Shown piece after piece: positions 20,301 to 27,795 of a stretch of DNA of 64,000 nt. The DNA lies in the NCBI GenBank assembly GCA_029240595.1, contig JARDZZ010000001.1, positions 192 to 64,191 on the forward strand, read 5' to 3'. The DNA is from Nitrospira sp. (GTDB lineage: Bacteria; Nitrospirota; Nitrospiria; Nitrospirales; Nitrospiraceae). The notes under the pieces were generated by a model. It saw only the letters and a list, made by a program, of their open reading frames with translations, did no database searches and was not told the origin of the DNA. Every line of letters starts with the position of its first letter. Within the stretch, counting starts at the first letter, position 1. The translations under genes and the position numbers were made by a program.

Positions 20301-20461
20301 GACTTGTAGAGGAAGCCTTTGGTGTCGCGACCCTCACCGTACTTGATTTGTACCCCCTGGATTCCACCACCGACGTCGCATGGCCGCATGAAAAAACGTG
20401 GTATGATGGCCTATGCGACGCCCAGCCCGATCAACCGACTCATTCATCCCCTCTCACCTAA
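17384..20461 (+). CDS. dnaE2: DNA polymerase III alpha subunit, error-prone DnaE2/ImuC type
   Basis: PHP domain (HLHVHSEYS, ALTD), GRGSVA.S, FERFL.P.R..PPDIDIDF, KIDLLG, F.KPHSA.Y and an OB fold (FITLED.T). ATGA-coupled to imuB; shorter than a replicative DnaE. Confidence 0.9.
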   Translation: MMPPFLHLHVHSEYSPMRGVSSLAALCRSAGQDGFSAMALTDTNGLYGAIRFIEEAKQQGLRPILGAELTADNHRAVLLAKTPAGYASLCRLLSERHCDPSFDFIQAVARYRDGLIVATDDEVALRTWASESRQDLYVELTPGPAMHRTVWFSRRENLPCVATNRAYFSRAHEFATHRLLRAIATNTTLSRLPAQECCAPTQWLMPGTLMASQFPHVPDALENTIRIAEACHSDWRFGDTIFPAFRRLTDDDAFAELKAKTYQGALARYGRLSSDVRKRIEKELAVIRQKSFAHYFLVVEEIVRQAPRTCGRGSVAASIVSYCLQITHVDPLKHHLFFERFLNPGRKDPPDIDIDFPWDERDQILAWVFQHYGDRQAAMVANQNSLGFRAAIRETAKVYGMSAAEITAIASRITRQTGLLQFADVPSNEQWVNRLSQALRLQAPWPEILAQALRAQHHFRHLSMHCGGLVIVPDEIRRYVPVEFTAKGLPVIQWEKDQTEEAGLVKIDLLGNRSLAVIRDAIAAVACHTGRTIDYASWDPLTDEATRDLIRRGDTIGCFYIESPATRLLLKKLWKGMPADRLAVADVFDYLVMVSSLVRPAAITFVNDFVRRAHGHSHDPLHPLMESILEETHGIMVYQEDVTKVAMALANFSLEDADQLRKVISKKHKHRQLRDYYHQFCRGAAKNGASSATIAKIWTMIMSFAGYSFCKPHSASYAQVSFKSAYLRAHYPAEFMAAVISNEGGFYSTFAYLSEARRMGLAILPPDVNTSDWAYRGEGDRLRMGLMQVKTIPKAVATAIVSERDQAGPFRSFQDFLRRVPLESMHARALIRAGCCDSICGELTRPALLWRVFAGKEAGLLPVPDEYPASQKRGHEIEAFGFLASCHPLTLYRKQIEQLRPLPASQMPQFIGCRVTMVGWLITEKPVETKHGLAMEFITLEDHTALYDATLFPDVYRRRCHVLSSNRAYVVQGLVEEAFGVATLTVLDLYPLDSTTDVAWPHEKTWYDGLCDAQPDQPTHSSPLT

Positions 20462-21051
20462 GTCTTCCCACGCTACGAGAGGCTGCTGCCCGCTGCACAG
20501 GATGCGACTTGTACAAGCAGGCCACCCAGACCGTCTTTGGAGAAGGCGCGACACACGCTTCGATCCTCCTGGTGGGCGAGCAACCGGGCGATCAAGAAGA
20601 CCGCGCGGGTCATCCCTTTGTAGGACCGGCTGGGAAAATTTTAGATAAGGCGCTAACCGAAGCCGGCATTGACCGTCGGGACCTGTATGTCACGAATGCC
20701 GTCAAACACTTCAAATGGGAACCGCAGGGCAAGCGCCGCAAACACAAGAAGCCATCGGCCGCTGAGATCGCCGCCTGCCGACCCTGGCTGGAAGCCGAAT
20801 TACAGGTCGTACAGCCGCGGGTGGTCGTCTGCCTCGGTGCGACCGCAGCTCAATCAGTCTTCGCCAAGGCCGTCCGACTGGGTGACATGCGAGGTCGGGC
20901 GTGGTCGACCCCGCACGCCGCCTCCGTTTTTGTTACGGTCCACCCTTCTGCTATCCTTCGGCATCCCGAATCGGCGCAGCGCGAACAAGAATACCGCCGG
21001 TTCGTCCAGGACTTGCACCACATTACGTCGTACCTGCGGAAGGCCGCTTAA
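20413..21051 (+). CDS. udgX: UdgX-type uracil-DNA-binding protein (family-4 UDG superfamily)
   Basis: CxxC, GEQPG (motif A with Gln), VTNAVKHFK, R-loop GKRRKH, ACRPWL and HPSAILR: the UdgX signature set, including the His of the KRRxH loop. Confidence 0.88.
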   Translation: MRRPARSTDSFIPSHLSLPTLREAAARCTGCDLYKQATQTVFGEGATHASILLVGEQPGDQEDRAGHPFVGPAGKILDKALTEAGIDRRDLYVTNAVKHFKWEPQGKRRKHKKPSAAEIAACRPWLEAELQVVQPRVVVCLGATAAQSVFAKAVRLGDMRGRAWSTPHAASVFVTVHPSAILRHPESAQREQEYRRFVQDLHHITSYLRKAA

Positions 21052-21058
21052 ACAGATC

Positions 21059-21631
21059 ATGTCGCGCTCACGTCGCTCTGCCAAAGCAGGCCTACTCATT
21101 ATCGATATGATCAATGAGTATCGTTTCGATGACGCAGATAAGCTGTTTCCCGCCATCGAACAAACTGCAACACATATCGCGGACCTGAAACGGCAGATGA
21201 AAGCCCGCAGCCTACCGGTCGTGTACGTTAACGATAATTTCGGCAAGTGGCAGTCGGACTTTCGCAAACTGGTGACTCGATGTCTGCATGAGCAATGCCG
21301 TGGTAAGACCGTCGCCCAGATTCTGCTGCCAGATGAAGACGATTACTTTGTCTTGAAACCGAAGCACTCGGGCTTCTATGCGACGCCGCTCGAGTTGCTG
21401 CTTCGCTATCTGCAAGTCGAGCGAGTGATTATTACCGGCGTGGCCGGCGACAATTGCGTCTTCTTCACTGCAGCCGACGCCTACATGCGCGAGTTTGAAG
21501 TGATCGTGCCTTCGGACTGTGTCATCTCAATTGATGCCGACGCCAATCGCTCGGCCCTGAACCACATGCGAGTCACCTTCAAAGCAGAGATCGACCCTTC
21601 AGAAGCATTATTGACACACCTCGCGGCGTAA
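21059..21631 (+). CDS. isochorismatase-family cysteine hydrolase
   Basis: LLIIDMIN (Asp), KPKHSGF (Lys), GVAGDNCVFFTA.DA (Cys): the triad is intact. ATG 7 bp after the udgX stop; the ORF-track extension to 20669 is probably spurious. Confidence 0.88.
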   Translation: MSRSRRSAKAGLLIIDMINEYRFDDADKLFPAIEQTATHIADLKRQMKARSLPVVYVNDNFGKWQSDFRKLVTRCLHEQCRGKTVAQILLPDEDDYFVLKPKHSGFYATPLELLLRYLQVERVIITGVAGDNCVFFTAADAYMREFEVIVPSDCVISIDADANRSALNHMRVTFKAEIDPSEALLTHLAA

Positions 21632-21753
21632 CGACATGTGCTGGGTAGGGCGTTTCTGAGACAGGGGTCGCCTGCGCACGGATGTCCGGCATGTGGAACG
21701 TGTGGACGTAACGGCAAGAACCGGGGGGGAAACTGAGAGGACGTGGCGGTCAA

Positions 21754-22845
21754 TCACACATTGAACCGGAAATAGACAATGTCAGCTTCTTTGATGACAT
21801 ATTCCTTGCCTTCCAGTCGAAACAACCCTTTTTCTTTCACCTTGGCTTCTGATCCGCATGCCAGCAGATCATCGTAGTCGTAGACCTCGGCACGGATGAA
21901 GCCACGCTCCATGTCAGAATGAATCTTGCCGGCGGCCTGGGGAGCCTTGGTATCCCTCGGAATCGGCCAGGCGCGTGATTCGGTCTCGCCAGCCGTGAAG
22001 AAGGTAATGAGATTGAGCAGGGTGTAGGCTTCTCGTGTCAGGCGCACGAGACCGGACTCGGTCAATCCCATCTCATTCAAGAACTCTGGTCGTTCACTCT
22101 CCGGCAAGGAGGCAAGCTCAGCCTCCAACTGACCGCAGATCGTAACAACACGGGCACCGCGTTTCTGGGCGAAGTCGCGAATCTTCTTGACGGTCTGTTC
22201 ATCGGCATTCATGTCTTCTGACACATTGGCCACAAAGAGCACCGGCTTGGCGGCGAGCAGCTGACAATCGCTGAGGATGAGCCGCTCCTCCGGTGTATAG
22301 ATCAGATTGCCCAGCCACTCGCCTTTATCGAGCAGTCCCATGAGTCTGGTCAGAAACTCCACTTCGAAGGCGGCTTTCTTGTCACCGGCTCTGACTTTTT
22401 TCTCAGTCTTCTGCTTCCGGCGGTCGAGTGTGTCTAAGTCGGAGAGCATGAGTTCGGTCTCAATCACGCCGATATCCCTGAGCGGATCGACGCTGCCGTT
22501 GACGTGCACGACATCCGTGCCATGAAAACAGCGTACGATGTGCAACAATGCATCCACTTCACGAATATGCGCGAGGAACTGATTACCCAGTCCTTCCCCT
22601 TTACTCGCGCCTTCAACCAAACCGGCGATATCACGGACTTCGAGCGTACTATAGGTCGTCTTCTTGGATTTAAATATCTCCGTCAGCGTGAGCAGACGTG
22701 GATCCGGAACCAGCGCGATCCCGGTGTTGGGATCAACGGTGGCAAACGGATAATTGGCAGCCAGAGCTCCGCCTCCGGTGAGGGCATTGAACACCGTGGT
22801 CTTGCCGACGTTCGGCAAGCCGATCATCCCGCAACAAAGTCCCAT
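21754..22845 (-). CDS. ychF: redox-regulated ATPase YchF
   Basis: GLPNVGKTT, ANYPFAT, DIAGLVEGASKGEGLGNQFL and AAGKIHSD motifs. Confidence 0.97.
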   Translation of the reverse strand: MGLCCGMIGLPNVGKTTVFNALTGGGALAANYPFATVDPNTGIALVPDPRLLTLTEIFKSKKTTYSTLEVRDIAGLVEGASKGEGLGNQFLAHIREVDALLHIVRCFHGTDVVHVNGSVDPLRDIGVIETELMLSDLDTLDRRKQKTEKKVRAGDKKAAFEVEFLTRLMGLLDKGEWLGNLIYTPEERLILSDCQLLAAKPVLFVANVSEDMNADEQTVKKIRDFAQKRGARVVTICGQLEAELASLPESERPEFLNEMGLTESGLVRLTREAYTLLNLITFFTAGETESRAWPIPRDTKAPQAAGKIHSDMERGFIRAEVYDYDDLLACGSEAKVKEKGLFRLEGKEYVIKEADIVYFRFNV

Positions 22846-22910
22846 ATCTGACGTCCTGAGTCCGGAACAGTGAGCCGTGGCTGCACCCACCTGCGTGGTG
22901 GGCGCAGGAG

Positions 22911-23516
22911 TTAGTTCTCGGTTTTCAGATTCTCTTCCCCATTCGACGCATCACGTTCCCGAGCGTTGAACTGATTCATGGCAGTTTCGGTGCCGCGATG
23001 GATGAGGATCTCCAGCGCGTCCACCGCTCGCTCGAGACAAGGCTCGATGACGTCCATTTCATCCTTCGTGACCGTTTCCAGGACGTAGTCTGCCGAGTCT
23101 TGCATCGGCGCGGGGCGCCCGATACCAATTTTAATCCTGACGAATTGAGAAGTGCCCAGCGATTCAATCACCGATTTGATGCCGTTGTGACCGCCATGCC
23201 CTCCGGCCTGTTTGATGCGAAGGCGGCCAGGTTCCAGATCCAGATCGTCGTGGACGAGAATGAGATCGTCGCTGGTGAGCTGCAACTCCCGGAGAAGACC
23301 TTTCAGCGGAGGGCCCGTAACGTTCATGAACCCGAGGGTGCCGGCGAGCTCAATCAGGGCAGATCCCTGGCGACCGGAACCTCGTTGAGCGGTACCATGC
23401 CGGACGAGACGGATGGACCAGCGAGCCGCGGCCCGCTCGAGGACCCACATGCCGGCATTGTGGCGGGTCTGGGCATACGCCGCGCCGGGATTGCCTAGGC
23501 CGACGATGAGGCGCAA
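22911..23516 (-). CDS. pth: peptidyl-tRNA hydrolase
   Basis: LIVGLGNPG, TRHNAG, HDDLD and GGHNG motifs. Confidence 0.97.
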   Translation of the reverse strand: MRLIVGLGNPGAAYAQTRHNAGMWVLERAAARWSIRLVRHGTAQRGSGRQGSALIELAGTLGFMNVTGPPLKGLLRELQLTSDDLILVHDDLDLEPGRLRIKQAGGHGGHNGIKSVIESLGTSQFVRIKIGIGRPAPMQDSADYVLETVTKDEMDVIEPCLERAVDALEILIHRGTETAMNQFNARERDASNGEENLKTEN

Positions 23517-23518
23517 CG

Positions 23519-24316
23519 TTACTTCTTTTTCTCGGCTTCTTTCTTCTCGGCTTTTGGAGCTGCGGCCGCGGCGGTAGCCTCTTTCTTGTCGCCGGCTTTT
23601 GCCTCACCACCAGCCGGCGCCGCTGCGCCAGGGGCAGCTGCCACACCTTCGGCACCTTCGACCGCCGCCTTACCCTTTGCGACCACTTCCGGTTCTTTTG
23701 CGCCTTCAGGACCAGCAGCCTGGCTCGTCAGCAGGGATTCAAGCTTGGCATCCGACATAGGAACCGCCACGCTCACCACCATTTGATCCGGATCGTCGAG
23801 ATAGCGCACCCCTTCGGTCTTCGCGATCTCCTTCAAGTGGATCCCCTGACCAATAGTCAGTGGCGAGGCATCGACCTCGATATGGTCCGGCAAGGCACCC
23901 GGCAAACATTCCACGTGCAGCTCGCGCGTATTATAGTGGAGGATACCGCCTTCTTTGACACCAGCCGGCGTCCCACCAATCACGTGCACGGGGACCTTTA
24001 CTCGAATCGGCTTGTCCATCGAGATTTCGAACAAATCGGCATGCAAAACATATCCTTCGACCGGGTCCACCTGAAAATCGCGTAAGAGAGCGGTCCGTTT
24101 TGGCTTGGCCTTCGCTCCGTTGACCGTCAGCGTGATCAATGCCGTGCTTCCGGTCTGGGACTTCAAAATCTTCGTCAACGGTTCCGGTTCGATCGTAAGC
24201 AACAGGCACTCACCTTGACCATAGAGCACGCCGGGCACTTTCCCGCTGCGCCGGAGCTGGCGCGCCGCACCTTTCCCGGATTTTTCCCTGACTGTGACCG
24301 CCAAATCAAATCTCAT
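23519..24316 (-). CDS. rplY: 50S ribosomal protein L25/Ctc with Ala/Lys/Glu-rich tail
   Basis: GKGAARQLRR.G.VPGVLYG, HADLF and GVKEGG motifs; lies between prs and pth. Confidence 0.95.
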   Translation of the reverse strand: MRFDLAVTVREKSGKGAARQLRRSGKVPGVLYGQGECLLLTIEPEPLTKILKSQTGSTALITLTVNGAKAKPKRTALLRDFQVDPVEGYVLHADLFEISMDKPIRVKVPVHVIGGTPAGVKEGGILHYNTRELHVECLPGALPDHIEVDASPLTIGQGIHLKEIAKTEGVRYLDDPDQMVVSVAVPMSDAKLESLLTSQAAGPEGAKEPEVVAKGKAAVEGAEGVAAAPGAAAPAGGEAKAGDKKEATAAAAAPKAEKKEAEKKK

Positions 24317-24364
24317 GGTACTCCTCCGTCCCCCTCTGGCTTTTGAGATGTTCCCGTTTAAGCG

Positions 24365-25306
24365 TTAGGCAAACAGCGAACTGACCGACTCATCTGCGTG
24401 TATGCGCCGGATGGCTTCACCAAGCAAGGGCGCCACCGACAACTGATGAATCTTCGGGCACAGTCGCTGTTTCTCTTGGATTGGAATCGTATTCGTAATG
24501 ATCACTTGTGTGAGGCAGGATTGCTGGAGCCGTTCTAGCGCGGGTCCGGATAGGACGGCATGCGTGCACGCTGTCCAGACTTCGCGCGCCCCCTTGTCCG
24601 CACAAGCCTGTGCACCTTGAACAATCGTACCCGCCGTGTCGATCATGTCGTCCAATAGCAGCGTGCTCTTCCCTTTGATGTCGCCGATAATATTCATGAT
24701 CTGTGTCTGGTTCGGACCCTCACGACGTTTGTCGATGATAGCCAGATGGGCCTGTAGGCGCTTGGCAAACGCGCGGGCACGCTCCACGCCTCCAGCGTCG
24801 GGTGAGACAATGACCAAGTCGCTGACTTTCTTTTTCGTGATGTAATCCAGCAGCACCGGCAAGGCATACAGGTGGTCCACGGGCACGTTGAAGAAACCTT
24901 GAATCTGTCCGGCATGAAGATCCATGGTGAGAACCCGGTCGGCGCCTGCCGTCGTGATGAGATCTGCCACCAGCTTGGCGGTAATCGGCACGCGGGGCTG
25001 ATCCTTTCGGTCCTGCCTGGCATAGCCGAAATATGGCATCACGGCCGTAATGCGATAGGCAGAGGAGCGTTTGAGCGCATCGATCATGATCAGCAATTCC
25101 ATAAGGGAATCGTTGACGGGGCAGCACGTCGATTGCACGACATAGACGTCCGCCCCGCGCACATTTTCTTCAATCTTGATGCGGATTTCCCCATCGCTGA
25201 ACGATGACACCGTCGCCTCTCCAAGCTTGGCGCCGAGATAGGCGCAAATCTCATGGGCGAGTGCCAAGTTTGCGTTGCCAGAGAAAATCATCAATTCTCT
25301 GCTCAT
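24365..25306 (-). CDS. prs: ribose-phosphate pyrophosphokinase
   Basis: [22 protein letters not shown] and DDMIDTAGT motifs. Confidence 0.97.
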   Translation of the reverse strand: MSRELMIFSGNANLALAHEICAYLGAKLGEATVSSFSDGEIRIKIEENVRGADVYVVQSTCCPVNDSLMELLIMIDALKRSSAYRITAVMPYFGYARQDRKDQPRVPITAKLVADLITTAGADRVLTMDLHAGQIQGFFNVPVDHLYALPVLLDYITKKKVSDLVIVSPDAGGVERARAFAKRLQAHLAIIDKRREGPNQTQIMNIIGDIKGKSTLLLDDMIDTAGTIVQGAQACADKGAREVWTACTHAVLSGPALERLQQSCLTQVIITNTIPIQEKQRLCPKIHQLSVAPLLGEAIRRIHADESVSSLFA

Positions 25307-25447
25307 CGATCCCCCGAACACTTTTCCTTATCGAAAATGGAAATACTATCGTACGTGGTCGTTTCGACGGCGGGCATCTGTGGGCGTATTCTCGAGCCCA
25401 CCACCCTCATGCGCTCGCGCGGTTGAGGAAGCCAATTAAGGGACTGA

Positions 25448-25477
25448 ACTGTAACGGAATTCGGGCAAGATTGTCAA
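25448..25477 (-). promoter_or_regulatory. putative sigma70 promoter of prs-rplY-pth-ychF
   Basis: TTGACA-18 bp-TACAGT on the minus strand. Confidence 0.45.
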
Positions 25478-25499
25478 CCGAGCCGGATCAGCGGCAGCA

Positions 25500-26420
25500 C
25501 TAGGAGACTGTCACTGGCTCAGAGCAAGTTGGAACGACAAAGACTTGGAACCGCTGGTCCCGGGCGAGGTGCGCCTGCGCGCGCCGGGCTGCCGATTCGG
25601 TGCTGAAGATCCCAAACATTGTCGCCCCACTGCCTGATAGCAGGGCAAGGTCAGCACCCTGCATGCGCAGAGCCTCCTTGATGTCGCGTAACACTGGATA
25701 GCGGGCAAAGACGGGGGCCTCGAAGTCGTTTTCCGCGGCGGTTGCTAGCTGTGTCCAGGTGAGCCGGCTGTGTCGGTCGATCGCCGTGTGGGCAGAAGAC
25801 AGCGGGCGTACATCTGCTCGAGTCGCAGCGAGTTCCTGATAGGCCCATTTTGTTTCCACGCCGAATCCCGGTTTCGCCAACACAACCCAGCGGCTCTCGT
25901 CCATCCACACCGGTTTCACGGCCTCACCACGCCCAGAAACCACGGCGGCAGGTGCGAATAAAAAGAACGGCACATCGCTGCCCAACTGTTCGGCGACTGA
26001 CTGCATCTGTTCTCTCGACCACCCAAGCTTCAACAGCTGGTTGAGGCCAAGGATGGTGGCGGCCGCGTCGCTGCTGCCTCCGCCGAGCCCCGCTCCCATT
26101 GGAATCCGTTTGCGGAGTTCCACGTCGAGACCAATGGAGAGAGAGGCTTGTTCGAGGACGGCAGATGCTGCCCTATATACGAGATTGCTGGAGTCTACCG
26201 ACAAAAGCTCGGTGTCACAGCTCAGGCGGATTCCCCCTGGGGAAGTTACACGGATTTGCACCTCGTCTTCCAGCGCGACCGTCTGCATAACCGACCAGAG
26301 ATTATGATAGCCATCGGAGCGGCGATCGAGGATGCGAAGAATCAGATTGATCTTGGCGGGGGCATGAACCGTAATTGAAGAGGGACCGGAGTGAAACGAT
26401 CCTGACTCGCGGTTAGTCAC
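25500..26420 (-). CDS. ispE: 4-diphosphocytidyl-2-C-methyl-D-erythritol kinase
   Basis: APAKINL, IPMGAGLGGGSSDAA, LGSDVPFF and LSGSG motifs. Confidence 0.96.
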   Translation of the reverse strand: MTNRESGSFHSGPSSITVHAPAKINLILRILDRRSDGYHNLWSVMQTVALEDEVQIRVTSPGGIRLSCDTELLSVDSSNLVYRAASAVLEQASLSIGLDVELRKRIPMGAGLGGGSSDAAATILGLNQLLKLGWSREQMQSVAEQLGSDVPFFLFAPAAVVSGRGEAVKPVWMDESRWVVLAKPGFGVETKWAYQELAATRADVRPLSSAHTAIDRHSRLTWTQLATAAENDFEAPVFARYPVLRDIKEALRMQGADLALLSGSGATMFGIFSTESAARRAQAHLARDQRFQVFVVPTCSEPVTVS

Positions 26421-27795
26421 GACCTCCTTTTATAGCATATTTTTCCAATCGGTACCGGAACGATCTGGTGTTCAACTTCAAGAGACGGGCCGCTTTTTTC
26501 TTGACCCATTTTGAACGTTCCAACGCTCTCATCAAAAGATCCTTCTCAATCCCGTTGATAAGCCCTTCCAAATCCAGCCCATCCTCGGGGAGGTCCGTCG
26601 GTACCCCTTGTGATTGCTGAGGCGCGAGCGCGTGATGGAGCCATCCACGGACATCTGTGTCGCTTACGGTGCCCGTTGAAAAGGCGACGACACGCTCGAT
26701 CAAGTTTTCCAGCTCCCGTACATTGCCTCGCCATTCATGCTGTAAAAGGACATGCATCGCCTCCGGCGTCAGCGTAGGCGCGGCCTTTCCGCTTTCGTGC
26801 GAGAACTTCTCAAGAAAATGTGCGATGAGCAGCGGAATGTCGCCGGCCCTGAGGCGCAGCGGCGGAAGGCGGATGGGAATCACGTCGAGACGATAATAGA
26901 GATCTTCTCGGAAGGAGCCATCGGCCACAGCTTTTTCAAGCTCGCGGTTCGTCGCCGCAATGACCCGCACATCGACCTTCACGTCTTGGTTGCCGCCCAC
27001 TCGGCGGAATTCCCGCTCTTGAATGACTCGGAGGAGCTTGACCTGTATGGCCGGAGTGGTGTCCCCAATCTCGTCCAACAAAATGGTCCCGCCGTTGGCG
27101 ATTTCGAACAAGCCGGCTTTGTTCGCCACCGCGCCGGTAAACGATCCCTTCATATGTCCGAACAGCTCGCTCTCGAGTAAGGTTTCTGGCACTGCACTGC
27201 AATTGACCGCGACAAAGGGCATAGGACTGCGAGCGCTGTTGTAATGGATCGCCCGGGCGACCAATTCCTTCCCCGTTCCGCTTTCCCCGCAGATCAGCAC
27301 ATTGCTCTTCGAGTCAGCCACCTTGCGCACGACGTCAAAAACTTTTTGCATCGCCTCACTTTGTCCCACGATCTGCGCGAAAGAGGACTGACTGGCCATT
27401 TCCCGCTTGAGCAGCATGTTCTCTGTGGACAGCCGGCGCTTTTCAAGTGCGTTACGAATGATGAGCTGGACTTCGTCTACCTGGAAAGGCTTGGTAAGAT
27501 AGTCATAGGCCCCTTGCTTCATCGCTTCCACGGCGGAATCCGCCGTCCCGAAAGCAGTCACGACCAACACGACCGTTTCAGGTGAGGAGGACTTCACCGC
27601 TTTCAGAACGTCCATTCCGTCCGCTCTTGGCATGCGGAGATCGGTAATGACGAGATCGTAGATCTCCTTGTTGACCTGGCCGATCGCTTGCTCGCCATCG
27701 GAAGCTTCGGTGACCTCATATCCGGCGCGCTTGAGCATAATGCTCATGACTTCCCGGAGACTCTTTTCATCATCAACGACTAAGATCTTTTCCAC
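26413..27795 (-). CDS. pilR: sigma54-dependent response regulator (PilR/NtrC family)
   Basis: Receiver domain, GESGTGKE, GSFTGA, FREDLYYRL and a C-terminal HTH (RSFRYRL). The symbol rests on pilC-pilS context. Confidence 0.8.
   Translation of the reverse strand: MEKILVVDDEKSLREVMSIMLKRAGYEVTEASDGEQAIGQVNKEIYDLVITDLRMPRADGMDVLKAVKSSSPETVVLVVTAFGTADSAVEAMKQGAYDYLTKPFQVDEVQLIIRNALEKRRLSTENMLLKREMASQSSFAQIVGQSEAMQKVFDVVRKVADSKSNVLICGESGTGKELVARAIHYNSARSPMPFVAVNCSAVPETLLESELFGHMKGSFTGAVANKAGLFEIANGGTILLDEIGDTTPAIQVKLLRVIQEREFRRVGGNQDVKVDVRVIAATNRELEKAVADGSFREDLYYRLDVIPIRLPPLRLRAGDIPLLIAHFLEKFSHESGKAAPTLTPEAMHVLLQHEWRGNVRELENLIERVVAFSTGTVSDTDVRGWLHHALAPQQSQGVPTDLPEDGLDLEGLINGIEKDLLMRALERSKWVKKKAARLLKLNTRSFRYRLEKYAIKGGRD

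Noticed and set aside
20669-21058. N-terminal extension of the cysteine hydrolase overlapping udgX (possible frameshift fusion)
   Set aside because: The extension is compositionally off-frame, udgX has its own stop, a suitable ATG lies at 21059, and no slippery site was seen
25322-25499. tRNA-Gln often found between ispE and prs
   Set aside because: No cloverleaf or T-loop (GTTCGA) motif on either strand; only a promoter-like sequence is present
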